A model generated the notes under the pieces. That model made no database searches. It had not been told where the DNA came from and saw only the letters and a program-made list of their open reading frames with translations. From positions 248,001 through 312,000 of the forward strand of contig JBLDXI010000010.1 in assembly GCA_047495785.1 (NCBI GenBank): a stretch of DNA of 64,000 nucleotides, read 5' to 3'. Within the stretch, counting starts at the first letter, position 1, and every line of letters starts with the position of its first letter. Made by a program: the position numbers and the translations under genes. This document shows, piece by piece, positions 1-12,871 of this stretch. The stretch is from Lepidodermella squamata. Its lineage: Eukaryota > Animalia > Gastrotricha.

Positions 1-647
1 TACAAAATTGAAAACTAACAATTCTTTGATTATGTTCTTTAAAATTGACACTTAGCTCAGCTTGCATAGCGCTACCAAGTATGCCAATGCTATACGCCCG
101 AAGATCGCTATCGCGCGGTTGTTTTTCAGCCCATTCATAAAGCCGTTCGACGACTTCCTCGTTGTCGCGGAAGAATACAGACGATTCCACGCCCGGTAAA
201 AGGCTGAGCAATAGCCGCGTTGCCATTACTTGCACAGGACCCGGGTCGCCCCTCGCAGTGCAGTAATCATCCACCATCTATATATGTTTTGATTTACGAT
301 AGGAAGTGAACTAACAATATACTTACGCGTTGAATCAACCCATCTTCTTTAAATATTCTTTTCAGAATTGAGCCGTACTGACACTCAGGCTTGACCTTAG
401 CTACAAAAGCACGATATAATTACGATACGAAGTCCAAGTATCATAATAACTCACATGGATGGCGATCGTCGAACGGATCGGGATTGTGTTTCCAAAAGAG
501 GATACCTTCCTGTTCAACTATTTCAGTCAGACTCGTCAAGAAAGGGAGAGGATCGTGCCCTGCTCGAGAGATATCCGCATCCCATTGCTCGAGCAAGTCC
601 GAAACAAGCTGGGATGCGTTTCCAGCTCTTCCGGAACGCTCAGGCAT
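1..647 (-). CDS. DCAF1: DDB1- and CUL4-associated factor 1 (VprBP), 5' exons only; gene runs off the left edge
   Basis: LLEQW...NPDPFDDRHP in exon 1. Spliced exons continue PECQYGSILKRIFKEDGLIQR and MVDDY...ATRLLLSLLPGVESSVFF...LYEWAE...LRAYSIGILGSAM, matching the DCAF1 N-terminus. Short GT-AG introns. Confidence 0.9.
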
Positions 648-676
648 TATCAATTAATACAATCAGTATCTAATAG

Positions 677-691
677 ATATATATATATATA
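677..691. repeat. (AT)n microsatellite
   Basis: atatatatatatata read directly. Confidence 0.85.
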
Positions 692-1860
692 AATTATTGT
701 GACTGTTAGGTAAGGCATGGGGGAAATGGCGAATAGCGACGAATAGGTTTATCCAGTTTGGCTATTCGGCCAGGTTGGGAAATGCTGTAATATTATCCAT
801 GTCCTTCCACAGATTCTGGTCCGACAAACAACAATATCACGTGTAAATTAATAATTGATGCCATATCTGTAGCTTCACACAGACAGACAGGCAGATTCAA
901 GAATTCTTGCAAAGGTATGTAAGGTAACGTTAAGTAGCAACCACTTCTACAACAAGCAGCTACAATGGGCTTCAAGCCAAAATACGTACTGAATTATACA
1001 GCTGGTTAGAACTTGCCCTGAGCCGTTAGTTGAGCCCAGATTCGACAGCTAAAACAGGTTTGCTATACCGCATGCCTTGACTCGGACATTATCCGTTTGA
1101 TAAAACAAGGGCATCATCTGCCATCTGCCGATGAATATGCCTTCGTCCTTCGTCGTTTTCGCTACATTTGCGCAGCTGAAACCCTGTCACGTGGGCACGC
1201 ATGCTGGAAGGTCACGGGTGCCGTCGCGCCAAAACACCTGATTTTGAAAAATTAATTTTGAAAATCATATTTAAATAGCTTTATGCCAATGCTGAACTAA
1301 ATTGACGCTGCTATAATAAAAAGTTCAAAGCGTAAAAGGCAACGAAATTGGACGTCTTCGAAGGACTAAGGACTCTCGACTTTCGACGCTTTTTCGATGA
1401 CGCCGGCTGCAGACTGACGGTACAAAGCTCTGCACTGCGCTTTTCTGCCAGAATGTACTGTTTAACGGAGGCTGGCGGGTGTGGTCGTTTTGGTGGCGTA
1501 ACCGTAACACTCAGAGGGGATTTTTCACAAATTGATCCCAGTTTCAACTTCAGGGAATGCATTTTTCTATCCTCCCCAGAACCGTAATAACTGCTAAATC
1601 ATCACCGTCCCTTTTCCGTACCTCGCTGTCAAAACCGCAAACTGCACGTCAGCGACTCGATGCTTTCGTCTGCATTACGAGGATTGGATCAGTTGTATCA
1701 ATCATCATCTCCATCTCACTATACATAGATTTGAAAGGCTTGGGACGCCGGAAATAAACAATGGGGCCGAAGAATGAACAATTTCTACTTTAAAAGCACC
1801 AATAAGCCTTAATTAATGCCTAAATATGTTCAGGCTTGCTTATTAATTTGAATTTACATC

Positions 1861-3438
1861 ATGGATGCCAAGTTGGAGACGCTATTCCAGCACATTGACA
1901 AGAGGCAGCAGCACTATATTGATCGTTTGGCTGAAGCTGTAGCCATTAAAAGTGTATCTGCTTGGCCTCATACTCGTGATGAATGCGTGCGTATGGTAAA
2001 ATGGACACAACAGGTTTGCAACAAATAAATGAATATTTTTGCTCTTATATCTGTTCTTGACCAGCATTTGGAGAAGCTCGGAGCGAAAACCGAGTTGAAG
2101 CCGATTCCTCATAAACAGAAACTCCCTGAAGGTGGAGAAATTGATTACCCTCCACTGATTTTCGGCTACCTGGGAAACGACAAGTCGAAAAAGACTATTT
2201 GCATCTACGGCCATTTGGACGTTCAGCCGGCGATTAAAACCGATGGCTGGGACACAGATCCATTTGTTCTCACGGAAATCGACGGTAAATTGTTCGGGCG
2301 TGGTGCCACAGATGACAAGGGACCAGTCCTTGACTGGATCAACTGCATCGAAGCTTATCAAGAAAACGGGATCGAAATTCCTGTTAACATCAAATTCGTG
2401 TTTGAATGCATGGAAGAATCAGGCTCAGAAGGCTTGGATGAAGCTATTCAGGCAAATCTTCCATTTTTCGACGATGTTTCTTTCATTTGTATTTCCGACA
2501 ATTACTGGCTGACTACTGACCACCCTTGTATTACTTACGGCCTGCGAGGAATCACCTACTTCTTTTTGTCCGTGGAATGCGCTCAAAGGTTAATATAATT
2601 CGTAAAAACTTGATCCTCCTTAATAATTTTGTGTTCAGAGATCTTCATTCTGGCCTTTACGGTGGCGCTGTTCATGAGGCTATGTGGGATTTGGTTGCAT
2701 TATTGAATTCGCTGATTTCAGCCGAGGGAAAGATCTTGATCCCTGGAATCTACGACACCGTCGCTAAACTAACTCCTGAGGAAGAGAAGTTGTACGAATC
2801 GATTCATTTCGACGTGAAAAACTACGAGAAAGAAGTTGGTGCTTCTCGGCTGCTGCACCATGAGAAAGCCCGCATTTTACAAAATCGCTGGCGCCATCCT
2901 TCGCTGTCAATTCACGGCATCGAAGGCGATTTTTCAGAGGCCGGTGCTAAAACTGTCATCCCACGAAAGGTTATCGGCAAATTCTCCATGCGTCTTGTTC
3001 CTCATATGGACCCTGTCGAAGTTGAAAAGCTGGTACGAAAGCACATTGATACTGAATTCGCTAAGCGAAACAGTCCTAATAAGATTAGCGTTTCGATGTG
3101 CCACGGTGCTCCGGCTTGGATTGGCGATATCAGTCACATTCAATACGAGGCGGGTCGTCGCGCTACCCGGCGTGTTTGGGGCGTTGAGCCTGATATGACC
3201 CGAGAGGGTGGCTCAATCCCAGTCGCGTTGTCCTTCGAAAACTTCACGAAGAAAAACGTGATGCTTCTTCCTGTGGGCCAATCAGATGATGGAGCTCACT
3301 CGAATAACGAAAAAATTGCTCGTAAAAACTACATCAACGGGGTAAGACTTGGTTCTGGTAAAATTTCGATCATTCCATAAGATTATTTTTTAGATTAAAA
3401 TTCTTGCTGCTTACTTTGAGGAAGCTGCTGCTCTCTGA
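1861..3438 (+). CDS. CNDP2: Cytosolic non-specific dipeptidase (M20A family), 4 exons
   Basis: Motifs [55 protein letters not shown]. Introns at about 2014-2064, 2589-2639 and 3342-3392; last exon [14 protein letters not shown]. Confidence 0.95.
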
Positions 3439-3646
3439 GAGAAAAAATTGAGAAAGACTTGATTGACAAATGGGTTTGGGCTTATTCAGTATTAAATCGT
3501 TTTAAAGGTTTTTCTCCGCTTTTGAAGCAGTTCTTTCACATGATCTGACCAAAGCAAAGTTGCCATTTTTCGCTTCGGTGATGCCATAATGCTATGATAT
3601 TATATTATTTCGCAATAAAATTGCTTCTAGGGTGTTATTATAGAAA

Positions 3647-4323
3647 ATGTTTAAGACCGTGGTTGAAAATCTGAAGGAGTTCGATGCTTCACTTAGCGAG
3701 TTGAAACAAGAATTGGATCCGCTGGCTACCAAAAAATGTCACGAAGTTCTAGCCGAGGTACGCAATTTCGCATGAAAGGAATACTTTTTAATTTTGTCTA
3801 TAATTTAGGCTACTCCTTTGCAAAAAGCTAAATTCAGCCTTTGCATGCTATATTCAATCAACAGTGCAGTTTGGGGTGAGTAATTTGCATTTTCGAATAA
3901 CAAATCCACCTTATGACGTCTAATTTTTCAGCTTACATGAGATTGGCTGGTAAAGATCCGAAAAATCTTGCTATTAAAGGCGAGCTCGATCGAGTTCGCG
4001 ATTACATGAAGCGAGCTAAGGAAGTCGAGGATCAAATTACAGGGGCCGAGCCAACTCTCCGTGTTGATAGAGAGGCCGCTAAAAGGACGATTAAACATGC
4101 GTTGTGGCAGGCAGCTCAAAGCAAGGGCAAAGACAAGCCTGAAGAAACGACTAGCGCCGATAAGAAGCCAGAGGAGACTAAATCGGAGGAAGCTAAGACG
4201 TCCCAGGATAAGGTCGAAGAAACCTCGAAAAAGCGTAAATCTTACGTTGTCGATCAGTTCATCCTCGCAGATGGGGATGAGCAAAAAGAGAAATCTCCTG
4301 AGAAGAAGCAGAAAAAATCCTAA
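3647..4323 (+). CDS. C1D: Nuclear exosome cofactor C1D/Rrp47-like, 3 exons
   Basis: Spliced product ...PLQKAKFSLCMLYSINSAVWAYMRLAGKDPKNLAIKGELDRVRDYMKRAKE...RVDREAAKRTIKHALW fits the Sas10/C1D domain. Confidence 0.9.
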
Positions 4324-4408
4324 ATTGTTGAGATTTTCTAGCATATTGAAATTACGTTTTATTATTCCTAATTTTTTTTTAATTTTTACGTGTTTTAGAT
4401 ATTAAATT

Positions 4409-5483
4409 ATGGAGGATAAACAAGAATTTGTTCAAGAGGAATATGTCCCGGTAACGGCTGGTTTGCAAATGGTTGACCAACTACCGGAGATTTTCAGTCG
4501 GAATTTCAGTCAAAGTGAAATCACGAAAACGTCTATAGGTCTCGATTTCGATGACCAGGCCTTTTATCTCGACGGAATTTTATCAAAAGAGGAATGCGAT
4601 GCGATCATAGCTATAGGAGAAGGTTTCGGATATGGTCCAGTTGAAAGCGATTGTAAAAAAGAATGCACGGCTAGAAAGTTTGTGCATTAACAGTAATGAG
4701 AAATTTCGCTTTAAATTTGAATTTTAGGGTCATGATTCATTCCAAGGCGCTATCTGATCTGCTTTTTGAACGAATGGCGCCTTTCATCTACGATATTGAC
4801 ATCAGCTCCGACAAGAATATTCACAGTTATCACCTCGAAGGCAATAGTTTCGCCATGCAAGGCATATGGTAATGCGTGCGAAATTCATGGGAAAAATCAA
4901 ATTTTAGCCGTAATTTCAGGCACCCGGTTAAACTCGATGTTACTTTCCGGCTAAGTCGGTATACCGAGGGCGGTTATTTCCGGCCTCATTTCGACGGATT
5001 TTACGCCGACCCTGAAGATCCGATCATGGTTCGAACGATGAAAAGCCTCGTGTTCTACCTTAACACACCCGATCCAGGCTGTGGCGGCGAAACAGTTTTC
5101 TTATCCGAAACTGAAAAAGATGAAAATGGCAACCCAGTCGTATTGAAAACTGTCCTACCAAAACCGGGCCGCGTCCTAGTTTTCAACCATCGATCACTTC
5201 ACGAGTCAATTCCGGTCGATAATTCGGTGAAATACATTATCCGATCCGATATTATGTTCAAGCGAATGACAACCGGCGAGCTGGGCGAAAAAGATCTAAT
5301 AGCCATCGATTTGTTAACAAAAGCTGAACAATTTGAGGTAAATTTTGAAGCAAAATCCGCCTTAAATTTAGAGTTATTTTCTAGATGGAAAACAAGGCAA
5401 TGGAGGCTGTTGATTTGTATCGGAAAGCTTTCAAATTATCCCCGTTGTTAGCGGAAAACTACTCGAATCGTGACTCGTCGTGA
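4409..5483 (+). CDS. 2OG-Fe(II) oxygenase (prolyl 4-hydroxylase-like), 4 exons
   Basis: LSKEECDAII, RYTEGGYFRPHFDG (HxD), FYLN..GGETVF, GRVLVFNHRSLHES (distal H), KYIIRSD. Last exon 5385-5483. Confidence 0.88.
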
Positions 5484-5573
5484 TGAAAAGAAATCGTTTA
5501 TTTTATGGAAAAATGTAGTTTGTTGCGGTTTAATAGCAGTTTTCATATATTTAAAGATTTATTATAACAAAAA

Positions 5574-6212
5574 ATGTCTGGAAAAGGCGGAGGTGCAGTT
5601 CGACGTGTTTTGCGTTCCGCGAAAAAGTCGCAGGAAAAAACGACCGTTCATCCGCCGTTCATGAAGCTGCAAATCGCAGCAGGCGGCGCCGCTCCCGCCC
5701 CGCCGCTCGGCCCGCAACTTGGCCAGCGTGGTATCCAAATCGCTCAGTTTTGCAAAGATTTCAACGAGAGGACGAAAACGATCAAAGACGGCACGCCGAT
5801 ACGGACTTACATTAAAATTAACCCGGATCGAACGTACAACATCCAGTTATACACGCCGCCGGTTGCGTATTTCCTAAAACAAGCGGCGGGTATAACGATG
5901 GGCGCGAGAAAGCCCGGGCAAGAAATTGCCGGGAAAATTACGCTGAAACACGTGTATGAAATCGCGAAGGTGATAGCGAAGAATCCGATGGAGGAAGGCC
6001 GTTCGTTGGAGCTGCTTTGCAAGGATGTCATTGCCCAGTGCCATTTTATCGGCATTGAAGTTGTTCGCGGTGATTTGGATGCGACTGAGTACGGTAAATT
6101 CCTCGAGGAACGCAAACAGGCTGTTGCTCAACAACGCGCCGAGTTGGACCAGGCTAAGGCGGCTAAGGTTATGCGAACCACGGCCGCGGCAGCCGCTACA
6201 ACCGCCTCATAA
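5574..6212 (+). CDS. MRPL11: Mitochondrial ribosomal protein L11 (uL11m), intronless
   Basis: [32 protein letters not shown]...YFLKQAAG...[13 protein letters not shown]. Confidence 0.95.
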   Translation: MSGKGGGAVRRVLRSAKKSQEKTTVHPPFMKLQIAAGGAAPAPPLGPQLGQRGIQIAQFCKDFNERTKTIKDGTPIRTYIKINPDRTYNIQLYTPPVAYFLKQAAGITMGARKPGQEIAGKITLKHVYEIAKVIAKNPMEEGRSLELLCKDVIAQCHFIGIEVVRGDLDATEYGKFLEERKQAVAQQRAELDQAKAAKVMRTTAAAAATTAS

Positions 6213-6322
6213 AATGGAACGCTCAATCTACGAAAAAGCAGTCACTAGAAAATTAAATAATTTTTCTATTAAGGAGGATTTTTTTCATCGAAATAATTTC
6301 GATTTTTTTAGGTGATTTTACG

Positions 6323-7392
6323 ATGAGATTTTTAATTTGCATCGCCGCGTTATTTTGCGGCGCATGCCTGGCTGCTGAGACGGCGTCTGAAGTGGCAGTG
6401 CCTCTCGATATCACCATGTCGAATTGGTCGCAGGTTCTAGAAGGCGAGTGGCTTATTGAATTCTACGCGCCTTGGTGCCCGTCTTGTCGATCTTACGCGT
6501 CAATTTGGGAAGAATTCGCTCGAAAATGCCCGAAACGCGTGAAAGTCGCGCGGGCTAATGTCGATATGAGCCCTGAACTTAGCGGCCGTTTGCTCATTGT
6601 TTCTCTACCTTCAATCTACCAGTGAGTATTGGAAAATTCGAAAATCGCTCTAATTATCAATTCTTTTATTTTTAGTGTCAAAGATGGGAAATTCCGTCAC
6701 CACGAAGGATCTCGAAATCTAGAAGAACTCATTAGACACGTTAACGAACGGTTATTTGAAGAGATGTACGAGCCCCTTAGCTGGGTCTGGCATCCTCAAT
6801 CACCTCAGTAGGTTTCATTGACTTGAGAACAAATCAATAAAATTATTTTAAAATTTAGTATGATCATTCTTGGATTTTTATTCCGAGTTGCCGTTGAAGT
6901 TCGAGTAAGTTTAAAAATTTTTTGAATTTCACCGAAAAATTATTTCAATTTATTTTGTAGAATCTTCAAACATTTATGACGAATAACATGGGTCTCGCGC
7001 CTTGGCTGTCATATGTCGCTCTTTTGCTCTTGATGCTTTTGATCGCAATAATTCTTGGATTTGTAAGTTCAATGACTTTTTTCCGATTAAAATATGATTT
7101 AATTCTGATTTTTTTTCAGCTTGCCGTGTTGTTTGTCGATAAAGTGTGGTACCGAGGTCAAGACCAGGACGAGCGGCAGCATGTCCGGTCTCCTACCCCG
7201 ACGACGGAGGAGGAGGCTGATGACGATGACTACGAATATCATCGACGCAAAAAGCATCGAAGGCGCCACAAAAAGCGTCGTTCATCCGACGATGACGAAG
7301 ATCTGAGCGAGAATAGCACGTCGGTTTCAGACGATGATGACGATTCCGACACGAATGTCCGCAAACGGAGACATAACCCTGGAGATGCTTGA
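6323..7392 (+). CDS. Thioredoxin-related transmembrane protein (TMX1/TMX4-like), 5 exons
   Basis: Signal peptide, WLIEFYAPWCPSC active site, PELSGRLLIVSLPSIY, one TM helix, acidic/basic cytosolic tail. Confidence 0.9.
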
Positions 7393-8559
7393 AAAAATTA
7401 AGGCGGCGCGAAATCATCAAAAATGTGTTGAAAAATATCATTCTTCCTGATGAGTTGGAAAATTTCTGAGTAGATACCATTTTATGATCCTTCATTCACT
7501 CAACATGTCAAGTTTTTCGTTTTTTAAATTCCGGCTTTTCAGACTATGCATTCAATTGACATGTCGTCAAACCGATAGATAGATAGAAATATCTTGTTCA
7601 GTCGATGATTTTTGTTCGACGCTAAAAAATACACATTATAGTACTGTTTTATTCAAACTCTTGTCAAAATTTGTCACGCATTGCCTCAATGTTGATCGGT
7701 GCTTGTTGTCTTACAATGCCACACACGTTTGTGACTGTTGTCATACTTTTTGTATTACTGTTTGATAATGCAAAGCAATTTAAATAAAAAATATCGTGAA
7801 ACCATTTCCTCTTGAAATTAAAATTGAAAATACCGTATATTTTGAAATTGCATATCGGACTTCGAAATTTTCTCAGAAAATCTACAAAATGGAATCTTGA
7901 GATTGGCTCCAAAAGCATGGAAATTGTGACTGTTATGGTTTGTTCCACTTAACCGCGAATCGGAGGTTTGAGGAATATCGAAATATTGAGCAAGGATTCC
8001 TGCTGTATAAAACAGGCCCGTGTCATCTTTCAACGATTTGAATTTAGACATTGCCGCACAGTTCACGCGTTAGAATTGAAAAGATTTCTTGTAGTTGAAA
8101 GTCATTCAACAAATTTCTTTGAAATGGAAGCAATTGCTGGTGATTAGGAGAAAAGCTACTTAATTGCTGTTTAGGCTAGACTGGAACGCAGTTTACAGGG
8201 ATCTTTGATGGCATTTCTAATGAATGACCTGTGATCCTTATAAAAGTTCAAAGTTCAAGATCAATCATCGGCTGGGATGAAAGTCCTCAGGCTTATTTGA
8301 AACTTGAAACTTCTTGGAGTGATTGGGGAATCGTCAGGTGCAACAAAGTTTTCGTTACCGTCATTTATTGATAGGTCTATAGCGAAAGCCATATTATACG
8401 ATAATAATTCTTCAGAAACTATAATAGATAGAAGTAGGTATAAATATCCAAAAATAATTATAATTGATCACCGATATAACAGTCATATCACCAGGGTTTG
8501 CATTTCAATACCGTACAGTGTCACAAATTTGGAAGGTAGCTATTCCGAGCTATTCTAAA

Positions 8560-9626
8560 TTAGGCCATGTTCGGATAGCTGGCATAGCTAAGAATGCCAC
8601 ACAAGTTCGTTCCACGAGCCATGCGGATGTATCCTTTGTCACCCCAACCGGTTCCCCAGCTGTTCTTTACAATCCAGAAGCTCTTGCCCGTTGCCGCATC
8701 CGTGCCGTAGCCAACAACCAGCACAGCGTGGTTGACAGAGGTCGAGCAGGCAGCGTCATTGTAAATTCCGGACTTGTACAATTGGAAGGAGCTCAAACCG
8801 GCGTTGATGGCGACGGCAACCGGGCCAGTTTGCAGGGCAACCATCAAAGCGGTTTCGTTGTTCTTCTGAACGTTGGTGAAGCCAGTAATGCTGGCATAGC
8901 GAGCCGCTGCGTTGAACTTGCAAGTGTGGCTGCTAACACCCGTGTAAGGATAAGCGGAACCCAAGTTGATGCCAGAGACGTTTTTGACGTAGGCAAAAGC
9001 TGAATTCATCCAGCCGCCATTACAGCCCTGGTTGCCGTAAGACCACGTGCAGTCCATGAGATTTTGTTCAGAAAAAGACATCAAGTTGCCAGTTTTGATC
9101 TTGTATCGGCTCTCCAGAGCTCCGGTGGATGAGAAGGCCCAGCAGGATCCGCATGAACCCTGATTTTTGACAGGGGTAACTGCGCTCTTGTTGCGCCAGT
9201 CGAGGCTAGCGGGGAGAGCCGCTGACACAATCGCTTCGACAAAGGGGGTGGCGCTGACGAGCAGCTGTTCGCCCAGTGGAACCTTAGCACCAAGTCGAGT
9301 TGCCGCGATTTCAGCCGAGCTCAGATCGGCAAGGTCATTGACATCCAAGCTGAAAGAAGCGCCAGACTTCTGATTGTGGCTGCGGATGAGAGCCAAGTTC
9401 GCCTTGAAAGTGTCACGACGGCGGCGTTCTTCATTCTTGTCACTGAAATCCTTCTTGTTCGATCGCTTGAAATCTTCCCAGTCATCATCGTCATTATTGA
9501 CTGGAGCACAATCTGAAAAGGATAGGCAAGTAAGTGTATACAGAACTTAAAACTGAACATTTGAGGCAAACCTGCAAGGTAGATCAAAGCAAATGCCAAG
9601 ACGGCTGCGTAGTAGACGTATTGCAT
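8560..9626 (-). CDS. Cathepsin L-like papain-family cysteine protease, 2 exons
   Basis: Signal peptide MQYVYYAAVLAFALIYLA, ERFNIN-type prodomain (EERRRRDTFKANLALIRSHN), QGSCGSCWAFS, NHAVLVVGYG, WIVKNSWG. Confidence 0.95.
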
Positions 9627-10254
9627 CTTTGAAATTCGAATGTAGCAGGTGAACAAAAGCAGATAAGAACCTTTGAAGTTTAGCTGTTAGCTTATTAGGC
9701 TGAGAATTGAATGCTGAGAGAATGATGCTGGACTGCAGCCCTGTGATGGGCTTAAATAGATTTCCCTCGGCTCTTCTTGGCGTCGTTCCATGGGAATCGA
9801 ACAGCCAAAACAACAGAAAAAGCTTGCCAAATCCGACCATAAACATGTTTACCTCATGTTTTGGCCGTTTGACTATTAGGAATGACGCGCGTTCAATTTA
9901 CCGATTCTAACGAACGTTACATTTTTTCCGAATAGCTGTTGCACTGGTGACGCACTTGCCGGTTCATGAAAAAATCCTAACTGTGATGACGTGCAAGAGT
10001 TTATGTTGTTACCTTCATGTTTGTTGCTACCCTCACTATACTATGAACAGTAAACGCCTGTTGCAAAAAAAACAGCACCTGAAAAAACAAAGCTGTGACG
10101 CGCGTTCTGAAATGTACATGCTACCTTTTCGTATTGCATGAGATTGGAAACTTGAAACGATAATTGTGTTTGTATTCCTATGTTCATTTCATTCGCAGAT
10201 TGGGAAGGAAAGTTTTGAATGCATATTACAACAAGAGATTTTATTGTTACATTT

Positions 10255-12304
10255 TCAGCCATTGCCCAATTCCTTTTCCAATAAAGAGACTACATCAAAA
10301 CTTTTCCGTGCTCTAGCTAAGTCTATGGCAGTCTTCCCATCATTACTAGTCTCGTCAATGCTGGCGCCTTTTGATAGCAAATATGTAACAATTTTGGCAT
10401 TGTTATTTAAAGCTGCAGCCATCAACGGTGTCCAACCTTGATTGTCTTTGACATTGAGATCAACGCCGTACTTGCACAAAATTCGAATGCACTCAAGCTT
10501 ATTTTTCGACGCCGCGTAATGTAGCGCTGTCCAGCCTTGGTCGTTCTGCCGATTTACCAGCTTTTGCACCTCCTTAAGAGCTTGGGATTCGCTAAGGCCA
10601 CCACGCTCCTGCTCCAACCTGAGCTTTTCCGAAAGAACCAGCTTCAAAATAACACCTAGGCCGTTTAAGCATATTTGATGCAGACATGTCTCCAATTTGT
10701 AGATGTTCCGGTCGTAAACAGCGTTGATCAGCACCAGAGGATCGCATTTGGATCCCGACAGAAACTCCTCAACGGCAGTTTTGTCGCTCCTCATGCATGC
10801 GTTATAGAATTCCTTGAACAATTTAGAAAAAATCATAAGTAAGTTGAACAGTGCATCATCTTACCTCGTATTGGCTTGTTGTAGGAATCTTGCCCGAGAT
10901 CCCCCGATGATGGGACGGCTAGCGAGCAAAACAAGTAGGCAGGTTTAAACTCAACAAAGAATCTCACTCACCACTTCCAAGCTCAATCGACCATCGGCTG
11001 AGTTAGGTCTTGCATGCATTCTCTAAAAAAGTTTGCTAAATCTTGAGAAAGTTCAAGGGTATCAAGTGCTCATACGGGTAATCCATCTTCTAGGTGCTGA
11101 ACAGTTTCCTGAGAATCAAAGGGATAAAAGTCGATCCTTGTGTGAATCAAAATTCTAACCTCAAGGCGGCTGAGTCTTTTGAGCAATTGCTGGCGCTCCT
11201 TCTCACTTCTCTCAAATCGTTGATTCATCTCTCTCCAACGTTTGTCGTGAGCTTTTGCTTCAAGTCTCCTCACATGATGCCGTAAAGAATGATCACACAG
11301 TACGTCAGTGATTGTCGCACGGTCCTTCCAATCGCTTTCAAGCATATGCTCGTCAACTAAAAGCCTTAATGACCGAGAATAACGCGGAGGAATGACTTCC
11401 CTTGCAACTCCTGATTGATAACAATAGGCGTACTGAAAAGAAATGATTCTCAAACCAGCAGATAAACTGATGAAATTGCTAACCGGCAGTTTAAGTGTCA
11501 ACAGCTGGTAAGCTACAATGCCTAGCGCCCAAACATCAGCTGAGAAAGAGTAAGACTGGTTCGCCAAAATCTCTGGGGCCAAGTGTGTAATCGTTCCACT
11601 TTTACTACTTGCCTTGGCCATAGTGCTGTAAAAAACGAAATATTTAGAGGTACTTGGAGATCAATGTTCTAATTATACAAAGCTAAAGGTTTTGCCAGGC
11701 CGAAATCGCCAAGCTTGAGCAGGAAACGGCGCAAGTCGCCAGGTTCCAAATTCGTACCTCGAATTGCAGTCAGGAAAATGTTTGGTGACTTGACGTCTCG
11801 ATGCAACACGTTCCTATCGTGTAACCAAGCCAAGGCTGAGGCTAGTTGGGCCAGAGCTGAGCATACCTCTTCCTCTATGAAAAACTTGTTATAAGAACGA
11901 TTTGCTCTGTTCGTAATCGCGACTTCTAAATCTCCACCGTCGCAGTACTCCATGACAATGTGGAACATTTTGTCGACGGCAAACCATGCAAAGGCCTTGA
12001 CGAGATTCTCGTGGCCTTGCAAACGCACCATCAATTGAGGCTCACGATAGATCATCTCTTCGAACCAAGATCGTTCAAGGTCGCTGCACCGTTTTGTCAG
12101 TTCTTCGACATTGACTCTCTTGATGACAAATTCTTCACCTGCTGCAGAGCTGTCTCGCCTCCTGACGCGAAATGCCTCGCCAAACGCGCTTGCATCTCCA
12201 AGCCGATTGGTCAGCTTTGTGAAATCGGATAGACTCGGTTGTTGGTCGAATTTTTCCGGGTCGTAGTAACCCCCAACACTTTGCAGCAAATCGTCAGCAG
12301 CCAT
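10255..12304 (-). CDS. NEK-like Ser/Thr kinase with coiled coil and C-terminal ankyrin repeats (multi-exon)
   Basis: VIKRV, HRDVKSPN, DFG, LAPE, ADVWALG. Small in-frame exons (about 11023-10973 and 10919-10865) link the kinase part to ankyrin repeats (GWTALHYAA, GWTPLMAAA, GKTAIDLA). Confidence 0.8.
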
Positions 12305-12871
12305 GAGAGAGGGTTAAAATCTAACCTATTTGATGATGCAACACATCAGACAATCAGGCAATTGCAGGTATGGGAATGTTTCTCTTTTTTGTCATGATGA
12401 ATTATTCACGTCGCTTGTGTGGCGCATCTGGGGGCGAGGTTGGGCTATAATCGATAGTCCAATAATTTCACCGGTTGATCTTTGCTTTGCTGTACTTCAT
12501 AGCAGCACGTGTCCCTTGGGAATTTCCCAGGTTAACGCGATTCTCAACAACAAGTTTTACCGATTACGCTCAATCGATGAGAAATGAAGATGCGACATCC
12601 GACCTAGATGTAAATCGTCGGCTGCACGGATTTGCGCGGAAGCTATGAAATTTTGCAAAAATGGTAGGAGAAAATTCGATCGCGCTTGGGCCGAAAGTTG
12701 AACGCTTGGTTCAAAACAACTGCAGTTGTAAAATTTTCTGGCATTGAGAAGTGAAAGGCAGCTCTTGAATCTTTGACAAATCTCAATTTTATGAATGCGA
12801 ACCAAAAAAATGTGCTCGCTTCTTCCTCACTTTCTTTTGATATGCGCTATTTCTTTTGAAAAGGATTCGCT

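Noticed and set aside
8464-9003. Long + strand ORF (179 aa), and similar antisense ORFs over CNDP2, ACP7, PPIL2, LIG3 and L3MBTL
   Set aside because: Antisense or alternate-frame shadows of well-supported genes, with no recognisable domains.
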